A stretch of 63,888 nucleotides of DNA, counting the filler, from Olpidium bornovanus S191 (taxonomy: Eukaryota > Fungi > Olpidiomycota): NCBI GenBank assembly GCA_017911155.1. It is 28 parts of 28 records of this genome, joined end to end, with 100 filler letters (N's around TTAATTAATTAA, not from the genome) between each part and the next. Parts side by side here need not be neighbours in the genome. Positions count along the whole stretch, not along the records: positions 47,777 to 53,660 come from JAEFCI010003893.1; positions 53,761 to 55,208 come from JAEFCI010005103.1; positions 55,309 to 56,745 come from JAEFCI010002839.1; positions 56,846 to 58,582 come from JAEFCI010004427.1; positions 58,683 to 59,891 come from JAEFCI010012425.1; 23 more parts are not named here. One strand, given 5' to 3'. A program made the translations under genes and the position numbers. Below the pieces are notes generated by a model that made no database searches, was not told the origin of the DNA, and saw nothing but the letters and a program-made list of their open reading frames with translations. Below, in pieces: positions 47,902 to 59,991 of the stretch; within the stretch, counting starts at the first letter, position 1; every line of letters starts with the position of its first letter.

Positions 47902-48422
47902 TCGTACGGACGTGGGACGGACGGCGCCTGATCAACCCGCTGTCGTCGTTCACGACGAGCTCGTTCGAAAACTGGTCCAAGACGTCGCCGTGGAAGATCG
48001 GCACGGTGTTCTTCTACTTCGACCCGCTTATCCTGGGCAACCTTGCGGACCTGCGGGCGCGGCTGGAGTCGATCCTGACGACGACGGACGGCGGGCGGCG
48101 GCTCTGGGACGGCAAGGTCATGTGCCTGCAGGTGACGGACGTGAAGCAGACGGGCGTGGTCGAGGTGCGGACGCTGACCAGCGCGCGCTGTCCCGGCGAC
48201 AACTTCGCCCTCCGGTGCCTTGTGCGCGAGCTGCTCATGGCTTACGTGGTCGAGAAGTTCCCGGGCGCCCTGTGCAGGACCCGCGCCGAGATCAGGGTGT
48301 TCAACGACGCGAGCTGCACGTGGAACAGGGGCGGCAAGGCAAAGATCCGATCGCTCGAGACGATGGCGAGCAGCACCGACATCGACAAGGCCCTGGAGCA
48401 GGCGGAGGTTGCCGTGGCGTGA
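47902..48422 (+). CDS. Bacterial-type small-conductance mechanosensitive channel (MscS family), last exon
   Basis: VRTWDGRRLINPLSSFTTSSFENWSKT..GTVFFYFD..LRARLESIL..LWDGKVMCLQVTD..VRTLTSARCPGDNFALRCLVRELLM..FPGALCRTRAE follows the MscS beta/alpha-beta cytoplasmic domains; preceded by CTGAC..AAG acceptor at 47901. Confidence 0.85.
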
Positions 48423-48710
48423 AAAAACCCCTCGCCCCGAGTGAAAGAGAAAGAAAAGTCTAAATAGCAAAAAAAAACTGTGAACGACACCAAAAACTTG
48501 CCCTTCTCCCCTTCCCACCCCACCCTCACCCCACCCACAGTTCTTTCACCGCGCGGGCGGAAGGGGCGAGATGGGGAAGGGGCTTCCTTTCCAAGTGAGG
48601 GGGCGGCGGCGGCCCCGCGAAGCCCGCGTGCCGGGAAAGAGCGGGGGAGGGTGGGGTAAAGGACGTCCCGACCTCCGCAAAACGCACGTCTTTCCCTTTT
48701 TCTTCGCTTC

Positions 48711-48741
<31 letters not shown>

Positions 48742-49447
48742 TTCTGCCCTTCGCTTTTCCACTTTATATTTTTTGTTTTCTCATTTTTTATTTCGGCACC
48801 GCTCCCTCGCACTCCGAAACGCTCCAAAGGCTTTTCGCTGTTCACAGCCCGAGCGGACTGGCCGCGCGCCCGTCGCCGCCGCCGCAGCCCCACCGCTCTT
48901 CTCTCACTCACTCTCTCACTCTCTCGCTCTCTCTTTCTATCTCTCTCACTCCGCACGCATAGGAAAGAGAAGGAAAAGAAAAAAAAGTATCTTAGGCTGG
49001 ATTTATCCCCCAGACCGTGTTTATGTGCGCGTTCGCGCGGGGCCCGCAACGATTGTGCGTATACGTATGTGTTTTTATATATGATATACGTGCATATATA
49101 TATCTTGTATATATGTGCGCCGGGAGGGTGAAAGAAAGGAAACCGCCACGCGCGCATCGGTTAAAGGTGCAATTCTTTGTCTTCTTTAATTTTTCTTTCT
49201 TTTTTGTGTATGTGTGTGTGCATTACGGGGGAGGGGGGAATTGGGGAAATCTGCGGGGCGAGCGGGTGTGTGCTGGCGCGTGCGGCGCGCGTGCGCCGCG
49301 AGAAACGCGCCTGAGGGGCCTGCGCGCGTGCACGCGTGCTGCTGCTGTTTGCCGGCGGTTTCGCGCGCCGCGCGTTGTGATGCTCCGGGGGAAGGGTGTG
49401 TTGCGGTGCCGGCCACCTGATCTTCTCCCCCCGCGCGCGCGCACTAC

Positions 49448-52400
49448 TACCTGAACGCGGACTGCGAAGGAACAAACAAACAAACAAACAAAAAAAAAAC
49501 ACGCGAAAAGGTTATAAAAACAAAAAACGGGAGGGCGGCGGGGTCGGGAAGGGCGGGTGACGAGCGGTGGCGGGGAGCCCGTCTCGTTTCTCAGCGGAGG
49601 CGCTCGTCCCCAGGCCCCCCCCCCCCCCCGGCGCGGACAAAATAAGATGCAGAAATAAAAACAATGTATGACCCACGGTCTGAACACTCTTCGTGCTCCG
49701 GTTGAACAAGTCCACCTCCCGATCCCGCTTCAGCTGGCGGACCGAGTCTTCCAGCCGCCGCCGTTCGGCGTCCTGCCGCCGCCGCTCCTTGGACTGCTCG
49801 GCGCGGATGCCGTCGATGAGCTTCCCGAATTCCTGCCTCAGAGCCGCGCCGCTCTTTGCGTTCCCCGCGCGGTCGCCGAGCGCCTTGAGCTGGCCCTCGG
49901 AGAGCTGCTCCTCCAGCTCCTGCACCCGCGCCCGCAGCGCGTCGACCTCGCCGGCCAGCCGGCTCGCCCGCTCGCCCTCGTCCGTGCTGCGAGACACGAC
50001 GCTGTCGAACTGCTTGAGGATCGCGTCCAGCTCCTGCTCGAGCTCGGCCTGCCGCTGCAGCATCTCCTCCTCGCGCGCGGCGTACTCGGCTCTCAGTCCT
50101 TCGGCCTCGGCCTTCCGGTCGGCCGCGTCCCTCCTCGCGTCGTCGAGCTCGGCCAGCAGCGCCTCCTGCTCCCGGGCGTCCGCGCGCGAGCCGCCGCCGC
50201 CCTTCTGCAGGCGGTCGAGCTCGTCCTGCTGGTCGGCGTAGTCGGCCTCGAGGTCGCGGTACCTCTGCGTCAGCGTCTTCAGCTGACCCTTCACGCGCTG
50301 GAGGTCCTCCCCGACTTGTTCGAACTCGCTCGCGCTGCGGTACTCGCCCATCATGCGCTCGGCCTGCTCCGCGGAGATCTTGGCCTCCTGCTCGAGGACG
50401 GCGACCCGCGCCAGGAGCTCCTGCGTCTTGGCCTCCTTCTCCGCCGCTTCGGCGAGCGCCGCCTCGAGCTTCGCCGAGAGACCTTCCGCCCTGGCGTCCG
50501 CGTCGCCGAGCTCCCCCTCGACCTCCGCCAGCTCGCGCGCGAACTGTTCCTTGACCGTCAGCATCCGCTCCTCCATCGACGCCATCTCCTCCTCGTGCGC
50601 CCTCGCGGCCTCCGCGGCCTGCTGCGCAAGCCGTTCGGCGTCCCTTCCGGACCCTCTCCTGGCTTCGTCCAGCTCGTCCGTCAACTGCTCGACCTGGTCC
50701 TGCAGCCGGCCAACCTCGTTCTCGGACCGTTTTCGCATCTGCTGGAGCTGCTCCTTCAGCTCCGCGGCCCCGGCCGCCTGCTGGGCGCTCGCCGCCGCCT
50801 CCTTTTTGAATTTCGCCATTTGGGTGACCATGTCTTCAATTTCTCTGTCGGCACTGTCCCGAACGTTCTGCAGGTCTTCTTTCAGCCTCTGGATTTCCGC
50901 CGACTGCTGGTCGGCCAGAGCGGCGTCTCGCGACGATCTCGACGACTCCTGACTTCGCCGTTTGCTACAGCGCCGCGGCAAACCGTTCGAAAGGCAAAGA
51001 TCAGCCCCGTCGTCCTCGACAACGCGAATGGGGCCGCGGTGGGTGATCCGTCACCTCGATTCATCCACAGCGCTCTTCATGTCCAGGTAGCTGGACGCCA
51101 TCCGCCGCGCCCTGCGGACGAACGCTTCGACGGAAAATTCCTCTCTCGACCTGTCGTCGCCTTCGTCGATGTCCAGGTTCTCCACCGTCCGCAGAAGCCT
51201 CCACGCGGCTCGCAGCGACTGCGCTACCTCCTCGTTTTGGCGGCGCAGAGAGGCGACGTCGACCATGGACTGCGTGAGCTGCTCCTGCAGTTCTTCGTTC
51301 TTCCGCATCAGCGCCTCCGGGGAGGCGCCGTTGTCCATCCTCCGCGGCGTTCTGGTCCTGGAGGACATGTCTTTCATCATTGCGCGGAGCGCGTCGCACT
51401 CGTCCTCCGCCTCCTCCCGGAGTCGCCGTTCGCGGGCGATTTCGCGGTCCATCTGTTGGACGTCGCCGCCGCCGTCCTCCAGGTTTTTCAGGGCCGCCCT
51501 GCTCCCCTCCAGCTCCCTCTCCGTCTCCGCCAGCCTGTCGGACAAGTCGTTCACCGCCCTCTCGCTCTTTTCGAGCTTTTCTCTGCCGCTTTGCAGCGCG
51601 GCTTCCGAGGTTTTCAGGCGCGCCAGGGCATCGTTCAGCTGCCTCCTGACACCGTCGTCCGCCATGACTTTCTGGAGCCGATCTTTGTACTCCCGGATCT
51701 CTTCCTCGGCGGCGTCCAACTGCCGGTTGAGGGTCGTGATCATCTTCTCGTCACCCCTTTTCCGCTCGGTCGCCGTGCTGCTACCCAACCCGGAGTCTCT
51801 GTCCCTCTCGTCGCCCTGCCTGTTCTGAAGCGCTTCTTCGAGCTTCCTCTTCTCGATGCTGAGGATGTCCGATCGCGTGACCGCCTCCTCGAGTTCCGTG
51901 CGAAGGCTGGCGATCTCGCGGTCGCGCCGCTCGAGGAGGGCGCGCCATTGGGAGTTCGTGTACCCGGTGTACGTGGAGTCTGACGCCGCCTGGGAATCGA
52001 TTTCGTCGTCGCGCAGCTGAGCCGCGGGCGTATCCGCGGCCATCGGCTGTCGCCCGGACCGCCGCTCGACGGCTGCGTCGGCGCGGAACTTGGGCCGCAG
52101 CGCCGTCATCCGCGTCCGCAAGGACGTCGCCGAGCTGGGCGTGTCGTCCTCACCGTTGCCGACGGCGTTTTCGGAGGCCGCGGCTCTCGGCCTGCCGGTC
52201 CGTCTGCCGCCGTCCGACGCCGCCGCATCCCCCGGCCCCGTCTCGTCGTCTTCCGGGATGACCGGCGTGGTGCGACCGGGCTTTACGATTTTCACTCCGA
52301 GGCTGGTCCCGGTGCTCATCCGCAGACTTGCGGTCACGGGCTTGACGTTAACCATGTTGACGGCCGCTTCCTTTTCCTCGTTTTCGGCCGGGCCGCCGCC

Positions 52401-52784
52401 TCCGGCAGCACCGACCGACCTTAAGGGCGGGGGCGCGTCCGTTGGCATCAGCGAGGTCCGGTTGGCCGTACTGGCCTCGATGTACGCGAACTTGACCTGC
52501 TGCGGCACGGGAGGCTGCTCGCCGTTTTCGCCGCTCCGCACGGTGCCTGCCTCGCTGCGGCCGCTTCGCGAGCCGTCGGTTCTGATCGACCGCGTAGGCC
52601 GCGCCGGCCTAATGCCCGCCCGCGGCGGCGGCGCCTGCGCGGCCGCGAGCCGCGGCCTCCGAAGTGGGGGGTCCTGGGGCATCGGTCTCGACTGCTGCCG
52701 CAGCACGGAACCCGACGAAGACGGGCCGGAATCGAACGGCCTGCGTATCCGGGAGACATCGTCGTCCTGCTTGCCGGGCAACAA
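49448..52784 (-). CDS. Large coiled-coil protein, possibly Uds1/involucrin-repeat-like; about join(51055..>52784, 49676..50967, 49448..49462); 5' end uncertain
   Basis: Disordered N-terminus then long heptad-rich E/R/A/L sequence; C-terminal LRQEFGKLIDGIRAEQ..ERRRLEDSVRQLKR resembles the conserved tail of fungal Uds1-type proteins (from memory). Two ORFs join at a phase-2 GT..AG intron; 52784 is a TTG. Confidence 0.65.
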
Positions 52785-53501
52785 AGGTTCCCGGGGGCGC
52801 GACGTGTCGGAGGAGTCGCGGGCGGGCGGTCTCCTCTGGGGAACGCAGGGGGGCGCGGGGGGAGGAGGGGGGGGGGGGGGGGGGGGGCGGAAGGGGCGGA
52901 AGAAAGCGCCGTCGGGATATGAGAGTTTGCGGGGGAAGAGTGGGGAAAGCGAATGCCATCGGCCGGTTTCCTCTGCGGGGCGAAGCGGGCTCTTACCCCG
53001 GCCTGCATGCGGCCGCCGGCGAGGGTCCTCGGAGGACCCGCGTTTCCGCTCGACTTGAAGGGGACGTGGAGGAGGGAGGGAAAGAGGGAGAGAAGAGGCG
53101 GCGCAAAGCCGACGTCAGGACGCGGCGATGCGATAGGCCGTGCGGAGCGAAGGAAGATGTAAGGCGGGGGTTGGAGACAGGCGCACCCGCAAGTTCCTGC
53201 TCCCACCATTTTGACGGGAGCCTGTCCAGGGGGTCCCGCGGAAGGGTGAAAGAGGGGAGCGCGGCGTGCCCTGCTCTCGCGAAGGCGGGAGACGACGACG
53301 GCGACGGGCGGGGCTGGCGCGCGCACGCGCACGGGCCGGGGTGGGGGGCGGGTGGACCGGTGCGGCGGGGGTTCTCGAGACGGAAAGGAGGACGTGCGGC
53401 GGGGCGGCGGGATTCGCACTGCTGCCCATCCGCGTCCCCGGGGCGTTCAGGACGCGCGTAGTGGGGGGGGGGGGGGGGGGGGGGGCCCCCGGGGGGGGGG
53501 G

Positions 53502-53548
<47 letters not shown>

Positions 53549-54005
53549 CGGCGGCGGACAACCTTGAACGCTTTTTCTCCGCGCACCTTCTCTGACCACC
53601 CGGAGCTTCCGACCAGTCCACAGCAGGCAGACGGCGATCCAGAGCCACGGCGCAGACCCCNNNNNNNNNNNNNNNNNNNNNNNNNNNNNNNNNNNNNNNN
53701 NNNNTTAATTAATTAANNNNNNNNNNNNNNNNNNNNNNNNNNNNNNNNNNNNNNNNNNNNAAGCGGGTTGACCGTCGACATAACTAAAGAGTCGACACGG
53801 AGAAACAATAGAGAAAAAGAAAGGCGTAACAGCAGGAGCAAACGGGAGGTACCGTCCCTGGACAAACGCGCAGATATCATGGTACGTTTCCCTGGTTTTG
53901 GCAAAAGTAGAAACGGATCGGGAAGCGCGGAAAATATGTGTTCCCCCGTCGCCTTTATTTTTCTTCAGAGAAGAAAAGGATCCGCCTCGGTCTCTTGTCG
54001 GCTCT

Positions 54006-55111
54006 TCAAGGATACTTGGACCGGTCGCGCAGGAACCAATGGCCGTCCTTGCGGCTGCACGAGAAGTGGGGACCACGTAATGGATCCCGCCGCGATTTTT
54101 TTTTTTTTTTTTTTTGTCGCGGAGAGGTCAGAGGAAAAGCAGGGGAGGATTAGCAGTTGCCAGTAAAAATAGTCAAAACTAAGTCAACAACCGGAATATA
54201 CCCCAGGTTCGAACAAAAAAAGAAAAAACCAGCCACGCCAACGCCGGTCGGACAGTGCTCGGGAGCAAAACGGCGGTTACGCGGCTGCTTCCTTCACGAG
54301 AGACCCGCCCCGCGCTCCATCAACCGACCGGACCAGCAGCGGAGCGGAGAACTTACAGTTGCCAGGCGCAATGGAGGATAGGGATAGAGGCGGCGGAGGC
54401 AAAGAAGAAGATGAACTTCAGCGGGAACAGCTTCGAGCTCGAATCAAACGGAAGATGCTAATTTCAGGTGCAGTGCAGACCCGGTCGGTTGTGATACGGA
54501 AGGGAAATCAGTCAGGAGTCAGCGTCGGAATTCGGAACACGCTGACGAGCGGATGCGGCGGGGCGGGGGAGAAGTTGGAGAGGGAAAAGGGAAAAGAAAG
54601 AGAGAGAGAAAGAGAAAAAAAGAGAGAGACAGAAATAGGAAGAACAAGCGCAAAGAAACTGCGGTTCCGAGCAGCCAAGTGAAATTCAGCTTTGGAAATC
54701 CCTCCTGTCATTCCGGATCCCCGTGCCTCTCCCCCTGTCACGGCGAGGGGGAATCGCCGGGCGCCTCCGCAAAGCGCTCGGGACGCGAAGTGGCGGTGGC
54801 AAAAAAAAACCCAAACGAAAAAAAAAACCAAAAAACAACAAAAAAACCAAAAAGGCAACAAAAAAAAAACCAAAAAAACCAGAAACAACGGGCGACGAGC
54901 GTTCCAAAACGTCGTCTCCCGCACTGCACGAGGGTGTGGGGGGGGGGAGCGCCGGCCAAAACCCCCCACGCACATCCTGCTTGCCCGGCCTGTTCTGGAA
55001 GTGTTGTATTTTGAGCCAGGGGAAACAGCCCTTTTGCGGGCCGGAATTGCGCCGCAGCTGCGCGGCCCAACCCGCGGTCCTGAGCAGCGAGCCCGCGCGG
55101 AAGGGCGTCAT
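54006..55111 (-). CDS. COX7C: Cytochrome c oxidase subunit VIIc (yeast Cox8); complement(join(54006..54054,54357..54457,54974..55111))
   Basis: Spliced product MTPFRAGSLLRT..HFQNRPGKQD|HLPFDSSSKLFPLKFIFFFASAASIPILHCAWQL|RKDGHW..: presequence, HF..G..LPF motif, one TM helix, WQL+K/R. Strong GTAAGT donor. Absent from the ORF track. Confidence 0.65.
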
Positions 55112-55737
55112 CCTGCGTTCGTCTTTATTTTCTTTTTTTTTTTTCGCGTTTCGCCGGGAAGTTTGACGCTGCGGGCGGCGAGGCGGGCGGCGAGGCGGGC
55201 TGCGGGGGNNNNNNNNNNNNNNNNNNNNNNNNNNNNNNNNNNNNNNNNNNNNTTAATTAATTAANNNNNNNNNNNNNNNNNNNNNNNNNNNNNNNNNNNN
55301 NNNNNNNNGCGGGAGTACGCGTCAAGAGTGGGCGGGAGAGAGAGTGGGAGGAAGGAGAGTTGGCTGCCTGTCGTGTGGGTTTGCACGCGTTTTTAGGGGA
55401 GGAAGGAGAGGCCTACGCGTAGTACAAAGTTGCTCCGCGGCAGCCAGCTTTTCACTCTTACGCAGTAGTTGGAATTCTATGCTCGGTTTCTGGAATTTAA
55501 TGCGCGGTTTTTGGTTTGCTCACAGTTTCTCCCGTTTTCCCCTCGTACCCTTCGTTTCCCTTCACTACAGCCGCCCCCCCGTGACTGATGAGCTTATCTC
55601 GAAAGTTACGGTCCGCCACGTGACTGACAGCTCTTTTGGTTTTTAACGAGTCGGATTTGGCTCCACCAACGCCACTCGCCCTGCACCATTACTCCGCACT
55701 TCAGTCTCCGCCGCGTCCACCCGTTCACCTAGTCACA

Positions 55738-56745
55738 ATGTCGTCCTCTGCGTCCGCTGCCCCTGTGTCCGCCTCGTCCGCCTTCACCGAGAGGCGTCTC
55801 GACGCTGCCACCCGTCGGATATACATGGCCTTCTGGGCGCACCGGTTACGAGACTCCCGGAGTTTGCTCTCGGCCGCAGCTGCGTGCGTTGCCGATCGGC
55901 CGACGCCAGAACGTCAATGCCGTCTGCGCGGGCGGATGATCCGTTTTATCCATTACGCGTGGAGGTTTCGTGCCGTCCACGAGGACGGAAATACCGAAGC
56001 CTGCGTCGCCCTCCTCCAGTCAGTTTTGGTCCCTCCTTTGTACTGTAACTCCACTTTGATAGATAACTTCTTCCACGTCTACTTGCAGACTTCGCTGATT
56101 GATAATTGACGCCTTCCTCCAGGTCATGAATTGGCCAGCCTCCTTTTGGCTTCCCGCAGATTCTCGCGATCTGGAATTCCTGTTCTCGCCGTCAGACACG
56201 CAGTATTGTGGCCCCGGCAGCCCCAAAGATCGCGACTATGATCCGCGCTCTGCTCCCGTCGCTGACGGCAGTTATATTCAGGTTCGCGTCCTCATGCACC
56301 CGGTTTCTCCGCCGCAGCCAGACGCCGAGCTTGCAGACGATGCCCCGGCAGCCATTTCTCCCCGCGCTCGGAGCTCTTGGTTCCCGGAGCTCCACCAAAA
56401 CGCCAAATCCTATAATTTTCTCCGCCGGCTCGCGGTCGCACGAGAGGATCCTCCCATTGACATGTCCCGGGTCGACCTAGGCTAAACACGCTCACGAAAT
56501 TTTCTCTTCTCAGACATTTGGCGGGACGTTCCGCGCGACGACGACGACAATCCTGAAGGAGACGGCAGGGACGAGGATGCTCCTCCCCTTTCAGATCGCG
56601 TCACACGGTCGCAAGCTCGCGCCAGCCGCGCCTCCGCATCGACGACCAGACACGCGCCTGCCTCGGCAACATCCGGTTCCTCCTTCGCTTCCACAACAAG
56701 TCGCAGGATCGCGACTGCCACCGCCCCCAGCAGTCATCGCAGCAC
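55738..56745 (+). pseudogene. Disrupted ORF (frameshift near 56100, in-frame TAA at 56483-56485), possibly a decayed retroelement gag-like ORF behind an LTR-like end
   Basis: Protein-like sequence continues in frame after the stop (DIWRDVPRDDDD..RVTRSQARAS); upstream segment ends ..cgtgactgaca near 55629. No PBS or pol domain seen. Confidence 0.35.
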
Positions 56746-59604
56746 NNNNNNNNNNNNNNNNNNNNNNNNNNNNNNNNNNNNNNNNNNNNTTAATTAATTA
56801 ANNNNNNNNNNNNNNNNNNNNNNNNNNNNNNNNNNNNNNNNNNNNCCCTGGGGGTATAAAAGGGTCCCAGCCCCGGTCGGCCGCTTCCACGCCCTCCGCC
56901 AGTCCCCGACACAAACCACAAAAACTCCCGAAAGGAAAAACAAAGTCTTTCTTTCCTTTTTTCAAACCACTGTAGCGGCGCCCTCCGGGGAGAGGAAAGG
57001 AAGGGGAAAGGAAAGGGGGAGGCTCTCTCTCCCTCTCCCGCCCCCCCTCTCTCTCCTCTCTTTCGGGCGCGCCCCGTCGCCGGTCGCTTCCCCGGACGCA
57101 CCTTTTGCCCGCGACCCGCCCCCCGGGACGGATGCGCGCGTGGTGTATGTGGTCTGACCGGTGCAGTGAAGAGCGAAACGGAGCCGAAAACCGCACCTCG
57201 CGTGCGTCTTTTTTTGGCATCTGCCAACGTACATTCTATGCCTTTCCGTAACCCGGTTGCTACGCGGCCTTGACGGTTGAGGAAAACCGTACGGTGGATA
57301 TTCTGCTCCTAGCCCCCCTTTTTTTGCGAGTTGTTACTTGTCGGTTGTCGGTGGTTGGTGGAAAGGGAACGTATATAGAATTTTATATGCCTCGCCACGC
57401 TTGTGTGCGGACTGCCCATGGCCCCCGGACACGAACGACGTTTTCGCGCCCCTTCCGGGAGCGCTTCCGAAACCGACGGGTTTTATTTCTCCGGAGCCGT
57501 TCAAACAAAGAGAAAATTACGTCGGGCCCCACCGCCCTTTTCCCGGTGAGGATTGGAGGAAAACCGCGCGTTGGCGCAAACCACGTGCGGGAAACAGGAA
57601 TCCTTCGCCGCCCGTCTGCCAAAAGTGCCGAGCAGAATTCTATCGAGCTTTTCGGCCGCCGAAAAATCTTATGTACCGCTTCGTACTCGGACGCGGGACC
57701 GCCCACTTGCGCGTCATGCTTTTGTCTGCGGGGGGGGGAGTCGAGCGGAGCGGCGGTCTCGGCGGATTTGGACAATGCAGGTTTTCCCACCTAATGTAGA
57801 AATACTCTCTTCGCACTGTTCGCAATTAATTGCTTTGCGTCTCGTGCCTCGGCGGTGATTTACGGACAGGAACCGGCAGGCCTGCGCTTCCAACCCAAGA
57901 TAGTCCGTGACGTGACTTTGCCGTCGTGCCTTCGCCGCCAGATCTTTGCCGGACCTTCGTCTCGCCAGGCGAGACGTTCACACCGCGCGCTTTGACTACA
58001 CTACCTCCTTGCGCCGCAGGCAGAGCACCTTCCGTTCCCGCGCGCAACCTTTTTCTTGTGCTTTTCTTGTGCTTCGTGGACGGTCAGGCGGCGCCGATTG
58101 CGCGAGGTCGCCTGGTGTGCAAAAATAGTGCTCGCCGCACGGAATGCTTGCCGGAGTGCTCGGCCAAGGGCGACCCGTCGCCGCGGGATGCTCGCCGTAT
58201 GACGCTAATCCACGATGACGGAAACGCGACGGCGGCGTAGAAGGGAAATAAATAAAAGAGAATGAAACGATGTTGCCTATGTCAGTCTCGTATGCCCGCG
58301 GTGGGATGCCGAGGACGGCAATCTCAACTGCCGAACTCGATCTGACGGCAGATTTCCACGGGCTTTCATCCTGCAGCCGCGGGAGCAATGGTCGGCAGCT
58401 TGTAGTGACGGAAAACGCTGTGCGCGTCGCCGATCGACAGAGGTCCTGCCGGAAGCGTCCGGGCGTGCTGTGTGCCGGGTTTTTTGACGGGCGCGAATGG
58501 GGACGAAGGGGTGGAAGGACCCGGTGAACGCGCGCGCCAAAAAGAACGAGAAAAAAAAAAAAAAAAAAAAAAAACAACCGCGNNNNNNNNNNNNNNNNNN
58601 NNNNNNNNNNNNNNNNNNNNNNNNNNTTAATTAATTAANNNNNNNNNNNNNNNNNNNNNNNNNNNNNNNNNNNNNNNNNNNNAGTTGCCTAAATTTTTTT
58701 TTTTTCAACCGCCACTTCCTAGTTTTGAACACGCTCGTTCGCATCGGTCTTCTTGCTTCTGGGTCATTTGATTTGGTTTTTTTTCTTCTGCGCTTTTTTT
58801 TTTTCTTTTGCGCTTTTTCGGGGTTTACCGGAGCTGTCCCGGAAGCTCCATGGCAACGCGACGAGCCCGCCTTTCCCCTCCCGCCCCCCCCTCCCCCCCC
58901 CGCCGGCCTTCGCGCTGGGTCGCAAACGTTCTGGCAGACTGGGCCGCCATTGCGTGCTGTATGTGCAACGTGTGCGCCGGACAGGCCCGCTGCACCACGG
59001 AGACGAGGCGACGAACCCGTGCCCTTCCGCTCCCTCCCGGCCCCATCCAAGCGCCACGCAGTTCCCTGCAGCGCCGCCCGCGTCGCGTTTTCACGTCAAT
59101 GTGGCCGAAACAACACACAACCCCTTTTTCCTTCCCCCTCCACCCCCACCGGCTTTCCGTCCGCGATCAGTTTCTCTCGACTCGGCGCCCCGCTAACCGC
59201 ACCCGCAGCCGTAAAACCTCGCCAAAAATAAAACAAAAAGAAAAGCAAGAGAGCGCCGACGCCGCTTCGCAAAAAAGGTACAATATATAGAAAAGGTGGG
59301 TTCACAGCGATGTGCCGCCGGACGTGGCATGTGCGACGCGCAAGCTACAGAATGCATGCACGACTTCGTGCTTTCCCCCCGCCGGTCCGCAACTGCCACA
59401 ATCGTTTGACCGAAGACGAACGGGAGGTGTCGGGCGCTCCTCCCGCGGCACGTGAACGTGGCGTCCGTTTGGGCGAGCGGGTCTAATTCCCCACCTTCCC
59501 CCCCCCCCTCCCCCCCGCCCTGCCGCGCGCCTACTCAGGAGCGAAGGGCGCGAGGCGGGGGGCAGCCCGAGGACGAGACCCTGTCTGGCACGCGGGTTTC
59601 ACTT

Positions 59605-59641
<37 letters not shown>

Positions 59642-59991
59642 GTTTTCGGTCGGACCGGCCGCCGGCGAAGGCGGGGGGGGAAGGGGGGGGGGGTGGGATA
59701 CTCGGGACGCGCGCGATTGCCCCGAGGCGGAATCCGTAGTCCCCGGGCCAGGAGGAAACATCGCTTGCGCGCGTGCGTGCGCGTGTGAGTTTGGGGAACG
59801 CGGGGGAAGAGGGTGCGGGGGGGGGGGGGGGGGGGGGGGGGGGGAGGGGGCCGGGGGGGGGGGGGGGGGGGGGGCCCTTGGGGGGGGGGGGNNNNNNNNN
59901 NNNNNNNNNNNNNNNNNNNNNNNNNNNNNNNNNNNTTAATTAATTAANNNNNNNNNNNNNNNNNNNNNNNNNNNNNNNNNNNNNNNNNNNN

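Noticed and set aside
54006-54015. GTATCCTT on the minus strand as a U12-type 5' splice site
   Set aside because: It lies in the last codons (AAG TAT CCT TGA) of the predicted COX7C exon, and no matching U12 branch point follows.
54359-54682. Plus-strand ORF MEDRDRGGGGKEEDELQREQLRARIKRK as a gene start
   Set aside because: It is the antisense of the hydrophobic COX7C exon, which has better splice signals.
56846-59891. Two contigs with many short ORFs and a TATAAAA at ~56855
   Set aside because: No consistent coding signal or family motif; probably promoter/UTR or intergenic DNA.
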